Part shown: positions 1 to 8,975 of the stretch, piece after piece | Layout: each line of letters begins with the position of its first letter | How positions within the stretch are numbered: position 1 is the first letter of the stretch | Virus record (IMG/VR): IMGVR_UViG_2617270976_000014 | Coordinates: 1 to 10,963 of that record | Direction: 5' to 3' (one strand) | Length of the DNA: 10,963 nucleotides | Origin: a virus | Taxonomy: Duplodnaviria; Heunggongvirae; Uroviricota; Caudoviricetes | Notes under the pieces: model-generated | What the model saw: only the letters and a program-made list of their open reading frames with translations | Database searches by the model: none | What the model was told of the DNA's origin: nothing | Program-made: the position numbers and the translations under genes

Positions 1-1734
1 ATGAAAGAAAAAAAATTCGTTAGTGAGCTTTTCCTTGAAAATGGGCAGTTTATTTTAGTCGGTTTGACAGGTCGAACTGGTTCTGGTTGCACAACAACAG
101 CTAATATTCTTGAAAACGAAAAAACAGTCTTCCCTGATGTAAGTAAATTACAGGGGTTTTACAAGGGATTGGATGTCCATCGTTATAATATAGTTAAAAA
201 ATTCGCAGAAAATCACTGGGAAAATTTTTACTCAATTAAGGTGAGTGACCTAATCTCAGCGTATCTTCTGATGTTAACAGTTGAGGAAGCTTCTGAATTC
301 ATTCTATCATCTAATAAATTTATCAGTAAAGAGCATTTAGATATTGTATTAACTTTTGGTGTATTCTCAGATAATCTCATTTTGACAAGATTTAAAAATG
401 TAATTGAGAATTTGCTTGATCATAATAGTGAATTGAAGTTTGATAAAAAAACGATTAATAAATTTATATCAATTTTGAAGTTAGTTAGAAAATTTACTAA
501 AGAATTCAAAGCTGAACTAAATGAGATAAACTCAAATTTATATGTTTCAGCCTATCAGTTAGCAGGTAAGTCAATTAGACGTCGTGGGCGTATTGAAGTC
601 GATTTTGAAGATAAAGAGTTTATGCCTAAATCTGTTTTTCATTTGCCGGAAACTATTAATAGGGTTATTAAATTAATAAGAAAAAGCAAAAGAGATAACG
701 CATTAATTGTCATAGATGCTATTAGAAATCCATATGAGGCAAAATTTTTTAAGGATAGATATTCTGCATTTCATTTAATGTCAATAAATGCCCCAGATGA
801 ACATCGAACAAACTATTTGCGGAAACTACATAAGTTTTCAGAAAAGCAGATAGAGGAAATAGATTCTGTAGAGTCAGGTAAAGGTGATAACTCTTACAAA
901 CATCTCACCAATCCAAATGTAACTAAATGTATTGAACTATCAGATATACACATTTTTAACCCAAAAAATGAATTTGATAATGACAATATTTTAAAAGCAC
1001 AATTAGCGTGGTACATCGCACTGATGAAGCATCCTGGTCTGATAACACCTACTGCAATGGAAAGGGTTATGCAAGTTGCGTATACGGTAAAATTAAACTC
1101 TGGCTGTATATCTAGACAGGTGGGAGCTGTAGTAACTGATGGTGATAATTCAATAAAATCAGTTGGTTGGAATGATGTTGCCAACGGTCAGATTCCTTGC
1201 TCTATGAGATCTCTAGATGGCCTAATGAACGATTTTGATGAAAAAACGTACAGTCATTATGAGAGAAATAATAGTTCTTTCAGAATTAAAGCTAATGAGA
1301 AACTCTTAAATTTTAGGGCGATAGATAAAACTGGTGATATTTATAGAGGCAGGAACTTATCTTATTGTTTTAAAGATATACATAATGATCTTGATAAAGA
1401 GAAAAAAGGTAATCAAGTTCATACACGTGCATTACATGCTGAGGAAAACGCATTTTTACAACTTGCAAAATATGGTGGTATTGGCGTTCTGGGGGGGAAG
1501 TTGTATACAACTGCCAGTCCCTGTGAGTTGTGTGCGAAAAAAGCTTATCAGTTAGGTATATCTGAAATTGTATTTATTGATCCCTACCCAGGTATAGCTC
1601 AAGACCATATTATTAATATAGGTAGTAAGCCACCAAAGTTAATACAATTTAGAGGCGCAATTGGGAAGTCATATCACCGACTTTATGAGCAAATTATCCC
1701 GATAAAAGATGAGTTAGAATATCTCCTTGAGTAG
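1..1734 (+). CDS. P-loop kinase-like / cytidine (dCMP) deaminase fusion protein, AvcD/DcdV-type dCTP-deaminase antiphage protein-like (577 aa)
   Basis: Uninterrupted 577-codon ORF starting ATG at 1, stop TAG 1732-1734. N-terminal glycine-rich loop GLTGRTGSGCTT (Walker-A-like, Cys where the Lys is expected). C-terminal zinc-deaminase signature HAEENA...PCELC (HxE plus PCxxC). About 30% GC, unlike the adjacent prophage. Upstream region lies outside the window. Confidence 0.7.
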   Translation: MKEKKFVSELFLENGQFILVGLTGRTGSGCTTTANILENEKTVFPDVSKLQGFYKGLDVHRYNIVKKFAENHWENFYSIKVSDLISAYLLMLTVEEASEFILSSNKFISKEHLDIVLTFGVFSDNLILTRFKNVIENLLDHNSELKFDKKTINKFISILKLVRKFTKEFKAELNEINSNLYVSAYQLAGKSIRRRGRIEVDFEDKEFMPKSVFHLPETINRVIKLIRKSKRDNALIVIDAIRNPYEAKFFKDRYSAFHLMSINAPDEHRTNYLRKLHKFSEKQIEEIDSVESGKGDNSYKHLTNPNVTKCIELSDIHIFNPKNEFDNDNILKAQLAWYIALMKHPGLITPTAMERVMQVAYTVKLNSGCISRQVGAVVTDGDNSIKSVGWNDVANGQIPCSMRSLDGLMNDFDEKTYSHYERNNSSFRIKANEKLLNFRAIDKTGDIYRGRNLSYCFKDIHNDLDKEKKGNQVHTRALHAEENAFLQLAKYGGIGVLGGKLYTTASPCELCAKKAYQLGISEIVFIDPYPGIAQDHIINIGSKPPKLIQFRGAIGKSYHRLYEQIIPIKDELEYLLE

Positions 1735-1765
1735 AAATATTATACTCATCCTTCCTGAGGTAAGC

Positions 1766-1799
1766 TTCAAGATGATCAATAAATATTGATCATCTTGAA
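1766..1799. repeat. Perfect 16-bp inverted repeat (TTCAAGATGATCAATA-AA-TATTGATCATCTTGAA) with two GATC sites, 32 nt after the deaminase stop
   Basis: Read directly from the sequence; the arms are exact reverse complements with a 2-nt spacer. Could be a terminator hairpin or a protein-binding site. Confidence 0.8.
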
Positions 1800-2114
1800 A
1801 GTTAATTGCAGAGTCAAACTAGTAGTCAGACTGAAGCTTCGATAAAAAATGTTTTTGTTTTTTTCATTTTCTAATGACTGTTTTTTATTAGTTTCTTTTT
1901 AATGTTGCAATGCTATGCTTTTCTACTATTTTTGAATGTGGCATCTTTGATGTTTTTATACAACAAAGATGAGGGCTTATAGGTTTTTTTGTGATGTAAA
2001 AATTATCTTATTCTATAAATAAAACCTAAACTCAGTCTGAAGAGTTAAATGAGAATGGATAACCTGCTGAATATTATATTTGTAAATAGTTTGAGTTTGT
2101 TTTCATAAGTTACT

Positions 2115-3131
2115 CTATCTTAAGTTGCATAAAGGGTTTTTAGTTACCGCATCTTCAAGGTGATCGGGCGAAAAGTGGGCGTAAATCATCGTCATTTTTA
2201 TATCGGCATGGCCCAGAATATCGCGCAGCACCAGTATGTTTCCGCCATTCATCATAAAATGGCTGGCGAATGTATGACGTAGCACGTGAGTGCATTGGCC
2301 CTCTGGCAGCTCGATGCCAGCTCGCTTTACTGCTCGTTCAAAGGCTTTTCTGCACGGGGTGAATAGCTTCCCTCTGTTCTTGGGGAGTTCGTCATACAGA
2401 TCTTGAGATATCGGCACGGTGCGGTTTTTCTTACCCTTCGTCTTGGTATAAGTGATGCGGTATTTAGATAACTGATGGCCCTGCAGGTTTTCAGCTTCAC
2501 TCCAGCGTGCGCCGGTGGCCAGGCATATTTTTGCAATCAAAAGCAGACTGGGGTTTTGAGAATCAGCGCAGGCATCTAGCAGACGTTTAATTTCTTCCGA
2601 GGTCAGGAACGCCAGTTCCCCCTCAGCGATTTTAAATGTTGGCAGCCCGGCGAGAGGATTTGGTGCTGACCAGTGGCCTAGTTTTTTCAATGTGCCGAAA
2701 ACCGATGATAGGTTACGTTGCTCAAGATTCACCGTGCGTGGTTTTACTGGCGACATTAGTGTGCCGTCTTCGTTACGAACGTCACCTTTTAACCGTGCTT
2801 CGCGGTATTTCGTAAAGTCACCGGCTGTCAGTTCTGAGGCGATGGGGTCGCCTAGACCATTACAGATAATTCTAAGTTTCGCCATGAGGCGCTTGGGGTC
2901 TGCGAGTGTCTGACCATACAGGGAATACCAAAGCTCAATTAATTCTGATAGGCGTCGCCGATCATCCTTTTCACCCAACCACGGTTTTTTATTCACTTCT
3001 TCCATTGTGAAGCTTTCAAAAGCAATGGCTTCGCCTTTCGTAGCAAATTGCTTACGCACGCGCTTACCATTGCGTCCATTGGGATAGCACTCACACAACC
3101 ATTTTCCGTTCGGCTGTTTTCTGATGGTCAT
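2115..3131 (-). CDS. int: Tyrosine recombinase, P2/186-family phage integrase (338 aa)
   Basis: N-terminus MTIRKQPNGKW...YPNGRNGKRVRKQF is P2-family-like. C-terminal catalytic residues in context: ATGARWSE (Arg), HVLRHTFAS (His-x-x-Arg), MIYAHF (Tyr). Its start lies 1 nt after the stop of the upstream repressor gene (TGA-T-ATG on the minus strand). Confidence 0.9.
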   Translation of the reverse strand: MTIRKQPNGKWLCECYPNGRNGKRVRKQFATKGEAIAFESFTMEEVNKKPWLGEKDDRRRLSELIELWYSLYGQTLADPKRLMAKLRIICNGLGDPIASELTAGDFTKYREARLKGDVRNEDGTLMSPVKPRTVNLEQRNLSSVFGTLKKLGHWSAPNPLAGLPTFKIAEGELAFLTSEEIKRLLDACADSQNPSLLLIAKICLATGARWSEAENLQGHQLSKYRITYTKTKGKKNRTVPISQDLYDELPKNRGKLFTPCRKAFERAVKRAGIELPEGQCTHVLRHTFASHFMMNGGNILVLRDILGHADIKMTMIYAHFSPDHLEDAVTKNPLCNLR

Positions 3132-3132
3132 A

Positions 3133-3765
3133 TCAAAGGCTCTTAATGATTTTCAGTGCGCGGCCTACTACCTCAATGTCATCTAGGCCACACTCAAACG
3201 ATGAATCATCCTGATGCACTACTAATTTGTTTCCCGGAAGTCGAGTCAATTTAACAATGCTTTTTATCCCGTCAATATCGACTAACCACATACCATTTAC
3301 TGGTGGTGTTTGGTTGCGATCTATTAAATAAGAATCACCAGAAGTAGTCACCAGCAGTAGGTTGCTTGAGTCTGAGGGGAGTATGCTGCTATCAATGATT
3401 GCTTTTCCAGCATCGACCAATAAACCACCGTTGAGAGTCGCCTTGTCAATTTCAGGAGATACTAGTTCAGAAAGAGGTACAACCTTGCTGGAGTTCACGG
3501 AATTGATATTTTTTTTAGGTTCAATGTTTGGACCTGGCTCCCCCTGTCCGGTGGTTAGCCACAGTAAAGAAACTCCTGTTTCCAAGGCGCACTGAATCAC
3601 CCACTCTGCAGGAAAACTATCTCTTAAGTATCTGTTTGCCATGGTGCTTTTTGATGCGCCTAAGTGATCGCAAAGTTGCTGTCTGGACTTGAAATCATAG
3701 GCTGCCATTAGTCTATGGATAGCCTCTCTTCCCCCTGTATTCTCTCCAACCTTTACCTGTATCAT
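3133..3765 (-). CDS. cI: CI-type immunity repressor, phage 186-like (210 aa)
   Basis: Sits directly upstream of int on the same strand and divergent from the early operon. HTH-like segment SRQQLCDHLGASKSTMANRYL near the N-terminus. Size and position match 186 CI. Confidence 0.7.
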   Translation of the reverse strand: MIQVKVGENTGGREAIHRLMAAYDFKSRQQLCDHLGASKSTMANRYLRDSFPAEWVIQCALETGVSLLWLTTGQGEPGPNIEPKKNINSVNSSKVVPLSELVSPEIDKATLNGGLLVDAGKAIIDSSILPSDSSNLLLVTTSGDSYLIDRNQTPPVNGMWLVDIDGIKSIVKLTRLPGNKLVVHQDDSSFECGLDDIEVVGRALKIIKSL

Positions 3766-3777
3766 TTTTTAATCCTG

Positions 3778-3835
3778 TTGACGTATCAAATATTGGATCG
3801 TAGTATCTCGATGCATCAAATATTGAATCAAGTAA
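3778..3835 (+). promoter_or_regulatory. Lytic/lysogenic switch region: candidate early promoter (-35 TTGACG 3778-3783, 17-bp spacer, -10 TAGTAT 3801-3806) flanked by two copies of an ATCAAATATTGRATC operator-like repeat (3785-3799 and 3814-3828)
   Basis: Hexamers and spacing read from sequence; the near-identical 15-mer occurs twice, 29 bp apart, between divergent cI and the Apl-like gene. Confidence 0.45.
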
Positions 3836-3884
3836 AACGAGATAAAACGACGTAAACCAAACCTTAATCGGGAGATACTGCACT

Positions 3885-4127
3885 ATGAGCACTGATATTT
3901 CAATTCGTGTACCAAAAGAGATGGCTACGCCTGCAGAGTTCGCGGAATGGGAAGGTATCTCCCGCGGCTCTGTGTATCAAAAAATTCATCATGGTCAGCT
4001 TGCTAAATACATGGTCAAGAAAGAAAAAAACAAAGGCCGCGTAAGCCTGCGTTATTTAATGTACAAAACCGATCAGGTCCGTGAATCCCTCGGTCATTCC
4101 AACTTCCGCGTCATTGTTGGTAAGTAA
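3885..4127 (+). CDS. Apl/Cox-like small DNA-binding protein (excisionase / switch regulator), 80 aa
   Basis: First gene of the rightward operon, immediately after the switch region; RBS GGGAGA upstream of the ATG; size and position match 186 Apl / P2 Cox. Confidence 0.55.
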   Translation: MSTDISIRVPKEMATPAEFAEWEGISRGSVYQKIHHGQLAKYMVKKEKNKGRVSLRYLMYKTDQVRESLGHSNFRVIVGK

Positions 4128-4159
4128 GTTCAATTATGAGAACTTTCTAAGGGGGTAGC

Positions 4160-4669
4160 ATGTTTGATTATAAGATTTCCAAACACCCGCATTTTGATGA
4201 AGCCTGTAGAGCTTTTGCACTTCGTCACAATATGGCGAAGCTGGCAGAACGTTCAGGAATGAATGTCCAGACTCTGCGAAACAAACTCAACCCAGATCAA
4301 CCGCATCAGCTCAATGCGCCAGATATCTGGCTACTTACCGATCTGACGGAAGATTCAACGCTGGTAGACGGTTTTCTGGCACAGATTCACTGCCTGCCAT
4401 GTGTACCGATTAATGAGGTGGCAAAAGAGAAACTGCCACATTACGTCATGAGTGCAACCGCAGAGATCGGGCGTGTTGCTGCAGGTGCGGTATCTGGCGA
4501 TGTAAAAACCAGTGCAGGTCGTCGTGATGCTATCAGCAGCATTAACTCTGTTACACGACTGATGGCGTTAGCTGCTGTTTCATTGCAGGCCCGTTTACAG
4601 GTTAATCCTGCGATGGCAAGTGCAGTTGATACTGTAACCGGCCTCGGTGCTTCATTCGGTTTGCTGTGA
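4160..4669 (+). CDS. cII: CII-like transcriptional activator (169 aa), phage 186 CII-like
   Basis: RBS AGGGGG 6 nt upstream of ATG; 169 aa, the length I recall for 186 CII; HTH-like segment MAKLAERSGMNVQTLRNKL; second gene of the early operon. Confidence 0.6.
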   Translation: MFDYKISKHPHFDEACRAFALRHNMAKLAERSGMNVQTLRNKLNPDQPHQLNAPDIWLLTDLTEDSTLVDGFLAQIHCLPCVPINEVAKEKLPHYVMSATAEIGRVAAGAVSGDVKTSAGRRDAISSINSVTRLMALAAVSLQARLQVNPAMASAVDTVTGLGASFGLL

Positions 4670-4676
4670 GGTGCTT

Positions 4677-4877
4677 ATGCTGACGAAAGAACCATCATTT
4701 GCATCGCTGCTGGTAAAACAAAGTCCGGCAATGCACTACGGTCACGGCTGGATCATGGGTGAGGATGGTAAACGCTGGCATCCGTGCCGTTCACAAGATG
4801 AATTGCTGGCAGAACTATCTACGAAAAAACGGGGGAACAAATGGCTATTGAAGGCGCTGCGGCGACTGTTCCATTAA
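4677..4877 (+). CDS. Small early protein of unknown function (66 aa), at the position of 186 fil
   Basis: ATG at 4677 preceded by GAGGTG RBS that overlaps the cII stop; the ORF-track start at 4647 is likely an upstream extension. Confidence 0.4.
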   Translation: MLTKEPSFASLLVKQSPAMHYGHGWIMGEDGKRWHPCRSQDELLAELSTKKRGNKWLLKALRRLFH

Positions 4878-5182
4878 GCCCCGGTGAACGCCTGAATGGA
4901 CTTAATCACATAGCGGAATTAAGGGCGAAAGTTTTTGGCCTGAATATTGAGTCAGAGCTTGAGCGGTTTATTAAAGACATGCGTGATCCACGGGATATCA
5001 ATAACGAACAAAATAAACGAGCACTGGCAGCCATATTCTTTATGGCAAAAATTCCGGCTGAACGTCATAGCATCAGCATCAATGAGCTGACCACTGACGA
5101 AAAGCGGGAGTTGATTAAAGCAATGAATCATTTTCGTGCAGTGGTGAGCTTATTTCCCAGACGGCTAACCATGCCGAATTAA
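4841..5182 (+). CDS. Hypothetical phage early protein (113 aa)
   Basis: ATG preceded by GGGGGAA RBS; same strand as the operon; overlaps the 3' end of the preceding ORF by 37 nt in another frame. Confidence 0.45.
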   Translation: MAIEGAAATVPLSPGERLNGLNHIAELRAKVFGLNIESELERFIKDMRDPRDINNEQNKRALAAIFFMAKIPAERHSISINELTTDEKRELIKAMNHFRAVVSLFPRRLTMPN

Positions 5183-5249
5183 CCAACTAATGAAATTAAT
5201 GGCGTAAACCCGCCGAGCATCCCTTTATCTAAATTCAGGAGAATTGATT

Positions 5250-5483
5250 ATGCGTAATATTGAAATCCTCACGACTAAAACCGGACCGGATGATGCAGGG
5301 CTTAATATTTTACTGACAGAGGCTCGTCTGGAAGAACGCCGGGCAAGGGCTGAAGCAATGGCAGCTCGCCTTGATAGCCTGGCGTGTCATATCTCATCCC
5401 GTCAGCTAAACCACGTGGAAGCGGCAGAACTGCTGCGTGTGACTGCTGAAGCAATCCAGAACGAAGCGCAGGAGATCCACTAA
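5250..5483 (+). CDS. Hypothetical phage early protein (77 aa)
   Basis: ATG at 5250 preceded by AGGAG; its stop overlaps the next start (TAATG). Confidence 0.45.
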   Translation: MRNIEILTTKTGPDDAGLNILLTEARLEERRARAEAMAARLDSLACHISSRQLNHVEAAELLRVTAEAIQNEAQEIH

Positions 5484-5710
5484 TGGCTGATGCAATGGAT
5501 CTCGTACAGCAGCGCGTTGAAGAAGAACGCCAGCGCCATATCCGTGCTGCCCGTGCCAAAACACCGGGCGTGTCTCGCGTGCTTTGCATTGAGTGTGAAG
5601 CGCCAATTCCGCCAGCACGCCGCCGTGCCATTCCGGGTGTGCAGCTTTGCATTACCTGCCAGGAAATTGCAGAGCTGAAAGGCAAACATTACAACGTAGG
5701 TGCTGTATGA
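5483..5710 (+). CDS. TraR/DksA-family C4 zinc-finger protein (75 aa)
   Basis: Two CxxC pairs with the spacing of the TraR/DksA finger (CIEC...CITC); RBS AGGAGA; start overlaps the preceding stop. Confidence 0.75.
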   Translation: MADAMDLVQQRVEEERQRHIRAARAKTPGVSRVLCIECEAPIPPARRRAIPGVQLCITCQEIAELKGKHYNVGAV

Positions 5711-6564
5711 GCACCATCCTGAAATGGGCGGGAAATAAAACCGCCATTATGTCCGAACTGAAAAAACACCTTCCTGCTGGCCCGCGACTGGTTGAACCTT
5801 TCGCGGGTTCCTGTGCTGTGATGATGGAGACGGATTACCCCAGCTATCTTGTTGCGGATATTAATCCTGATTTAATCAACCTCTATAAAAAGGTTGCTGC
5901 TGATTGTGAGGCATTTATATCTCGTGCCAGAGCTTTATTTGAGGAAGCAAACAGGGAGGTGGCTTATTACAACATAAGGCAGGAGTTTAATTACTCCACT
6001 GAAATTACTGATTTCATGAAAGCGGTATATTTTCTGTATCTCAATCGTCATGGTTACCGTGGGTTATGTCGCTATAACAAGAGCGGGTATTTCAACATTC
6101 CCTACGGTAATTATAAAAATCCGTATTTCCCTGAAAAAGAAATTCGCGCATTTGCAGAGAAAGCCCAGCGGGCAACGTTTATCTGCGCCAGCTTTGATGA
6201 AACGCTGGCGATGTTGAAGGCGGGGGATGTGGTGTATTGCGATCCGCCGTATGACGGCACGTTTTCCGGTTATCACACTGACGGCTTCACTGAAGATGAC
6301 CAGTATCACCTGGCATCCGTTCTTGAACATCGGTCATCAGAAGGACATCCGGTCATTGTTTCTAACAGTGACACATCCCTGATCCGTTCGCTGTATCGCA
6401 ATTTTACTCACCACTACATCAAGGCAAAACGCAGCATCGGCGTAGCAGCTGGTGAGAGTAAATCTGCAACAGAAATCATCGCTGTTTCTGGGGCGCGCTG
6501 CTGGGTGGGATTTGATCCTTCGCGTGGCGTGGATAGTTCTGCCGTGTACGGAGTGCGTGCATGA
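5707..6564 (+). CDS. dam: DNA N6-adenine methyltransferase, Dam family (285 aa)
   Basis: N-terminal ILKWAGNK, AdoMet-binding EPFAGSCAV and catalytic DPPY (VYCDPPYDG) motifs; start ATG overlaps the upstream stop (ATGA) and its stop overlaps the start of gene A. Confidence 0.85.
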   Translation: MSTILKWAGNKTAIMSELKKHLPAGPRLVEPFAGSCAVMMETDYPSYLVADINPDLINLYKKVAADCEAFISRARALFEEANREVAYYNIRQEFNYSTEITDFMKAVYFLYLNRHGYRGLCRYNKSGYFNIPYGNYKNPYFPEKEIRAFAEKAQRATFICASFDETLAMLKAGDVVYCDPPYDGTFSGYHTDGFTEDDQYHLASVLEHRSSEGHPVIVSNSDTSLIRSLYRNFTHHYIKAKRSIGVAAGESKSATEIIAVSGARCWVGFDPSRGVDSSAVYGVRA

Positions 6565-8975
6565 GCCATGCTGATATGAACAACTGCAGCGGCTTTAACG
6601 AGGCCGCCGCAGCATTCTCATGGGACAGCCCGAAAAAGGCTATTAACCCTTATCTGGATCCGGCAGAAGTTGCGCCGGTTTCTGCGCTTTCAAACCTGAT
6701 CACTCTGTACGCTGCCGATAACGAGCAGGAACAACTGCGCCGCGAGGCACTCAGTGATCAGGTCTGGGAGCGTTATTTCTTTAATGAATCCCGTGATCCT
6801 GTCCAGCGCGAAATGGAGCAGGATAAGCTCATTAGCCGGGCAAAGCTGGCGCATGAGCAGCAGCGTTTTAATCCGGATATGGTCATTCTGGCGGACGTCA
6901 ACGCCCAGCCTTCCCATATCAGCAAGCCGCTGATGCAACGTATTGAATACTTCAGCAGCCTGGGCAGGCCAAAGGCTTATTCCCGCTATTTGCGTGAGAC
7001 GATTAAGCCATGTCTGGAACGACTGGAGCATGTACGCGAGAGTCAGCTATCCACTTCTTTTCGCTTTATGGCAAGCCATGAAGGGCTGGACGGCCTGCTG
7101 ATCCTGCCTGAAATGAGTCAGGATCATGTGAAACGCCTGTCCACCCTGGTAGCTGCGCATATGAGCATGTGCCTTGATGCAGCTTGTGGCGATTTGTATG
7201 CCACCGATGACGTTAAGCCAGAAGAAATCCGCAAGACATGGGAAAAGGTGGCGGCGGAAACCCTGCGTCTGGATGTCATCCCACCTGCGTTTGAGCAACT
7301 CCGTCGGAAAAGAAACCGCCGTAAACCCGTGCCCTATGAACTCATTCCGGGTTCGCTGGCGCGTATGTTGTGCGGCGACTGGTGGTATCGGAAATTATGG
7401 AAGATGCGTTGCGAATGGCGGGAAGAGCAGTTGCGCGCTGTTTGCCTGGTCAGCAAAAAAGCATCTCCTTATGTCAGCTATGAAGCCGTGATGCATAAAC
7501 GTGAGCAGCGCCGTAAGTCGCTGGAGTTTTTCCGTTCTCATGAACTGGTGAACGAAGACGGCGACACGCTGGACATGGAGGATGTGGTAAACGCCAGCAG
7601 CAGCAACCCTGTGCATCGCCGCAATGAGATGATGGCCTGTGTTAAAGGTCTGGAGCTTATCGCGGAAATGCGCGGTGACTGCGCCGTTTTCTACACTATC
7701 ACCTGTCCGTCGCGTTTCCATTCCACGCTAAATAACGGCAGACCAAACCCGACCTGGACAAACGCGACGGTAAGACAAAGCAGCGATTATCTGGTCGGCA
7801 TGTTTGCTGCATTTCGTAAGGCGATGCACAAAGCCGGGTTGCGCTGGTATGGCGTGCGGGTGGCTGAGCCGCATCATGACGGCACAGTTCACTGGCACCT
7901 GTTGTGTTTCATGCGCAAAAAAGACCGCCGTGCCATCACTGCATTACTGCGTAAGTTTGCCACCCGTGAAGACCGCGAGGAGCTGGGCAATAACACTGGG
8001 CCGCGCTTTAAGTCTGAGTTGATTAACCCGCGCAAAGGAACGCCGACAAGCTACATCGCGAAATATATCAGTAAGAACATTGACGGTCGTGGTCTGGCTG
8101 GCGAGATCAGCAAGGAAACGGGTAAATCTCTGCGTGATAACGCTGAATACGTGAATGCCTGGGCGTCTCTGCATCGTGTTCAGCAATTCCGCTTCTTTGG
8201 TATTCCGGGGCGTCAGGCTTACCGTGAACTTCGCTTGCTGGCTGGTCAGGCGGCAAGGCAACAGGGTGACAAAAAAGTAGGTGCGCCGGTACTGGATAAC
8301 CCGCGTCTTGATGCCATTCTGGCTGCTGCTGATGCTGGTTGTTTTGCCACCTACATCATGAAGCAGGGCGGCGTACTGGTTCCCCGTAAATATCACCTCA
8401 TCAGAACCGCTTATGAAATCAACGAAGAGCCGACCGCCTATGGCGATCACGGCATTCGTATTTATGGCATCTGGTCACCCATTGCAGAGGGCAAGATCTG
8501 CACTCATGCAGTGAAGTGGAAAATGGTTCGTAAAGCCGTTGACGTTCAGGAGGCGGCAGCCGACCAGGGCGCTTGCGCCCCTTGGACTCGTGGCAATAAC
8601 TGTCCCCTTGCTGAAAATTTGAACCAACAAGGGAAAGACAAATCAGCTGATGGGGATACCAGGACGGACATTACCCGCATGGATGACAAGGAGTTGCACG
8701 ATTACCTGCACAGTATGAGCAAAAAAGAGCGCCGGGAACTGGCTGCAAGGTTACGCCTGGTGAAACCGAAACGGCGTAAAGACTACAAACAGCGAATTAC
8801 AGACCATCAGCGACAGCAGCTCGTCTATGAACTGAAGTCCAGAGGATTTAATGGCAGCGAGAAAGAGGTCGATTTACTCCTTCGCGGCGGCAGTATTCCG
8901 TCAGGAGCAGGCCTGCGTATCTTCTATCGGAACCAGCGTTTGCAGGAAGATGATAAGTGGCGAAACCTGTATTAA
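6561..8975 (+). CDS. A: Rolling-circle replication initiator endonuclease, P2/186 gpA family (804 aa)
   Basis: HUH motif (TVHWHLLCF) and paired catalytic tyrosines ([11 protein letters not shown]); size and position after the early genes match P2 A. Confidence 0.85.
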   Translation: MSHADMNNCSGFNEAAAAFSWDSPKKAINPYLDPAEVAPVSALSNLITLYAADNEQEQLRREALSDQVWERYFFNESRDPVQREMEQDKLISRAKLAHEQQRFNPDMVILADVNAQPSHISKPLMQRIEYFSSLGRPKAYSRYLRETIKPCLERLEHVRESQLSTSFRFMASHEGLDGLLILPEMSQDHVKRLSTLVAAHMSMCLDAACGDLYATDDVKPEEIRKTWEKVAAETLRLDVIPPAFEQLRRKRNRRKPVPYELIPGSLARMLCGDWWYRKLWKMRCEWREEQLRAVCLVSKKASPYVSYEAVMHKREQRRKSLEFFRSHELVNEDGDTLDMEDVVNASSSNPVHRRNEMMACVKGLELIAEMRGDCAVFYTITCPSRFHSTLNNGRPNPTWTNATVRQSSDYLVGMFAAFRKAMHKAGLRWYGVRVAEPHHDGTVHWHLLCFMRKKDRRAITALLRKFATREDREELGNNTGPRFKSELINPRKGTPTSYIAKYISKNIDGRGLAGEISKETGKSLRDNAEYVNAWASLHRVQQFRFFGIPGRQAYRELRLLAGQAARQQGDKKVGAPVLDNPRLDAILAAADAGCFATYIMKQGGVLVPRKYHLIRTAYEINEEPTAYGDHGIRIYGIWSPIAEGKICTHAVKWKMVRKAVDVQEAAADQGACAPWTRGNNCPLAENLNQQGKDKSADGDTRTDITRMDDKELHDYLHSMSKKERRELAARLRLVKPKRRKDYKQRITDHQRQQLVYELKSRGFNGSEKEVDLLLRGGSIPSGAGLRIFYRNQRLQEDDKWRNLY

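Noticed and set aside
894-1555. ORFs 894-1184 (-) and 1334-1555 (+) inside the deaminase gene
   Set aside because: Embedded in the long ORF that carries the deaminase motifs; AT-rich out-of-frame translations rich in Ile/Leu/Lys; no support.
2327-2913. ORFs 2327-2536 (-) and 2692-2913 (+) within the integrase gene
   Set aside because: Alternative-frame or antisense to a well-supported integrase; no independent translation signals.
3362-3595. Plus-strand ORF antisense to the repressor gene
   Set aside because: Lies wholly within the CI-like gene on the opposite strand; low-complexity translation; no RBS.
5302-5689. Minus-strand ORFs 5302-5685, 5406-5618 and 5480-5689, and plus-strand ORF 5490-5678
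   Set aside because: They overlap the RBS-supported, translationally coupled small ORF/TraR-like/Dam genes; the translations are Arg/Cys-rich, typical of out-of-frame reads.
6690-8450. Minus-strand ORFs 6690-7031, 7047-7298, 7395-7721 and 7944-8450, plus plus-strand alternative-frame ORFs 7174-7491 and 7804-8022, all inside gene A
   Set aside because: Fully embedded in the 804-codon A gene, which has clear catalytic motifs; no RBS or recognisable motifs; typical antisense or alternative-frame open frames in GC-balanced coding DNA.
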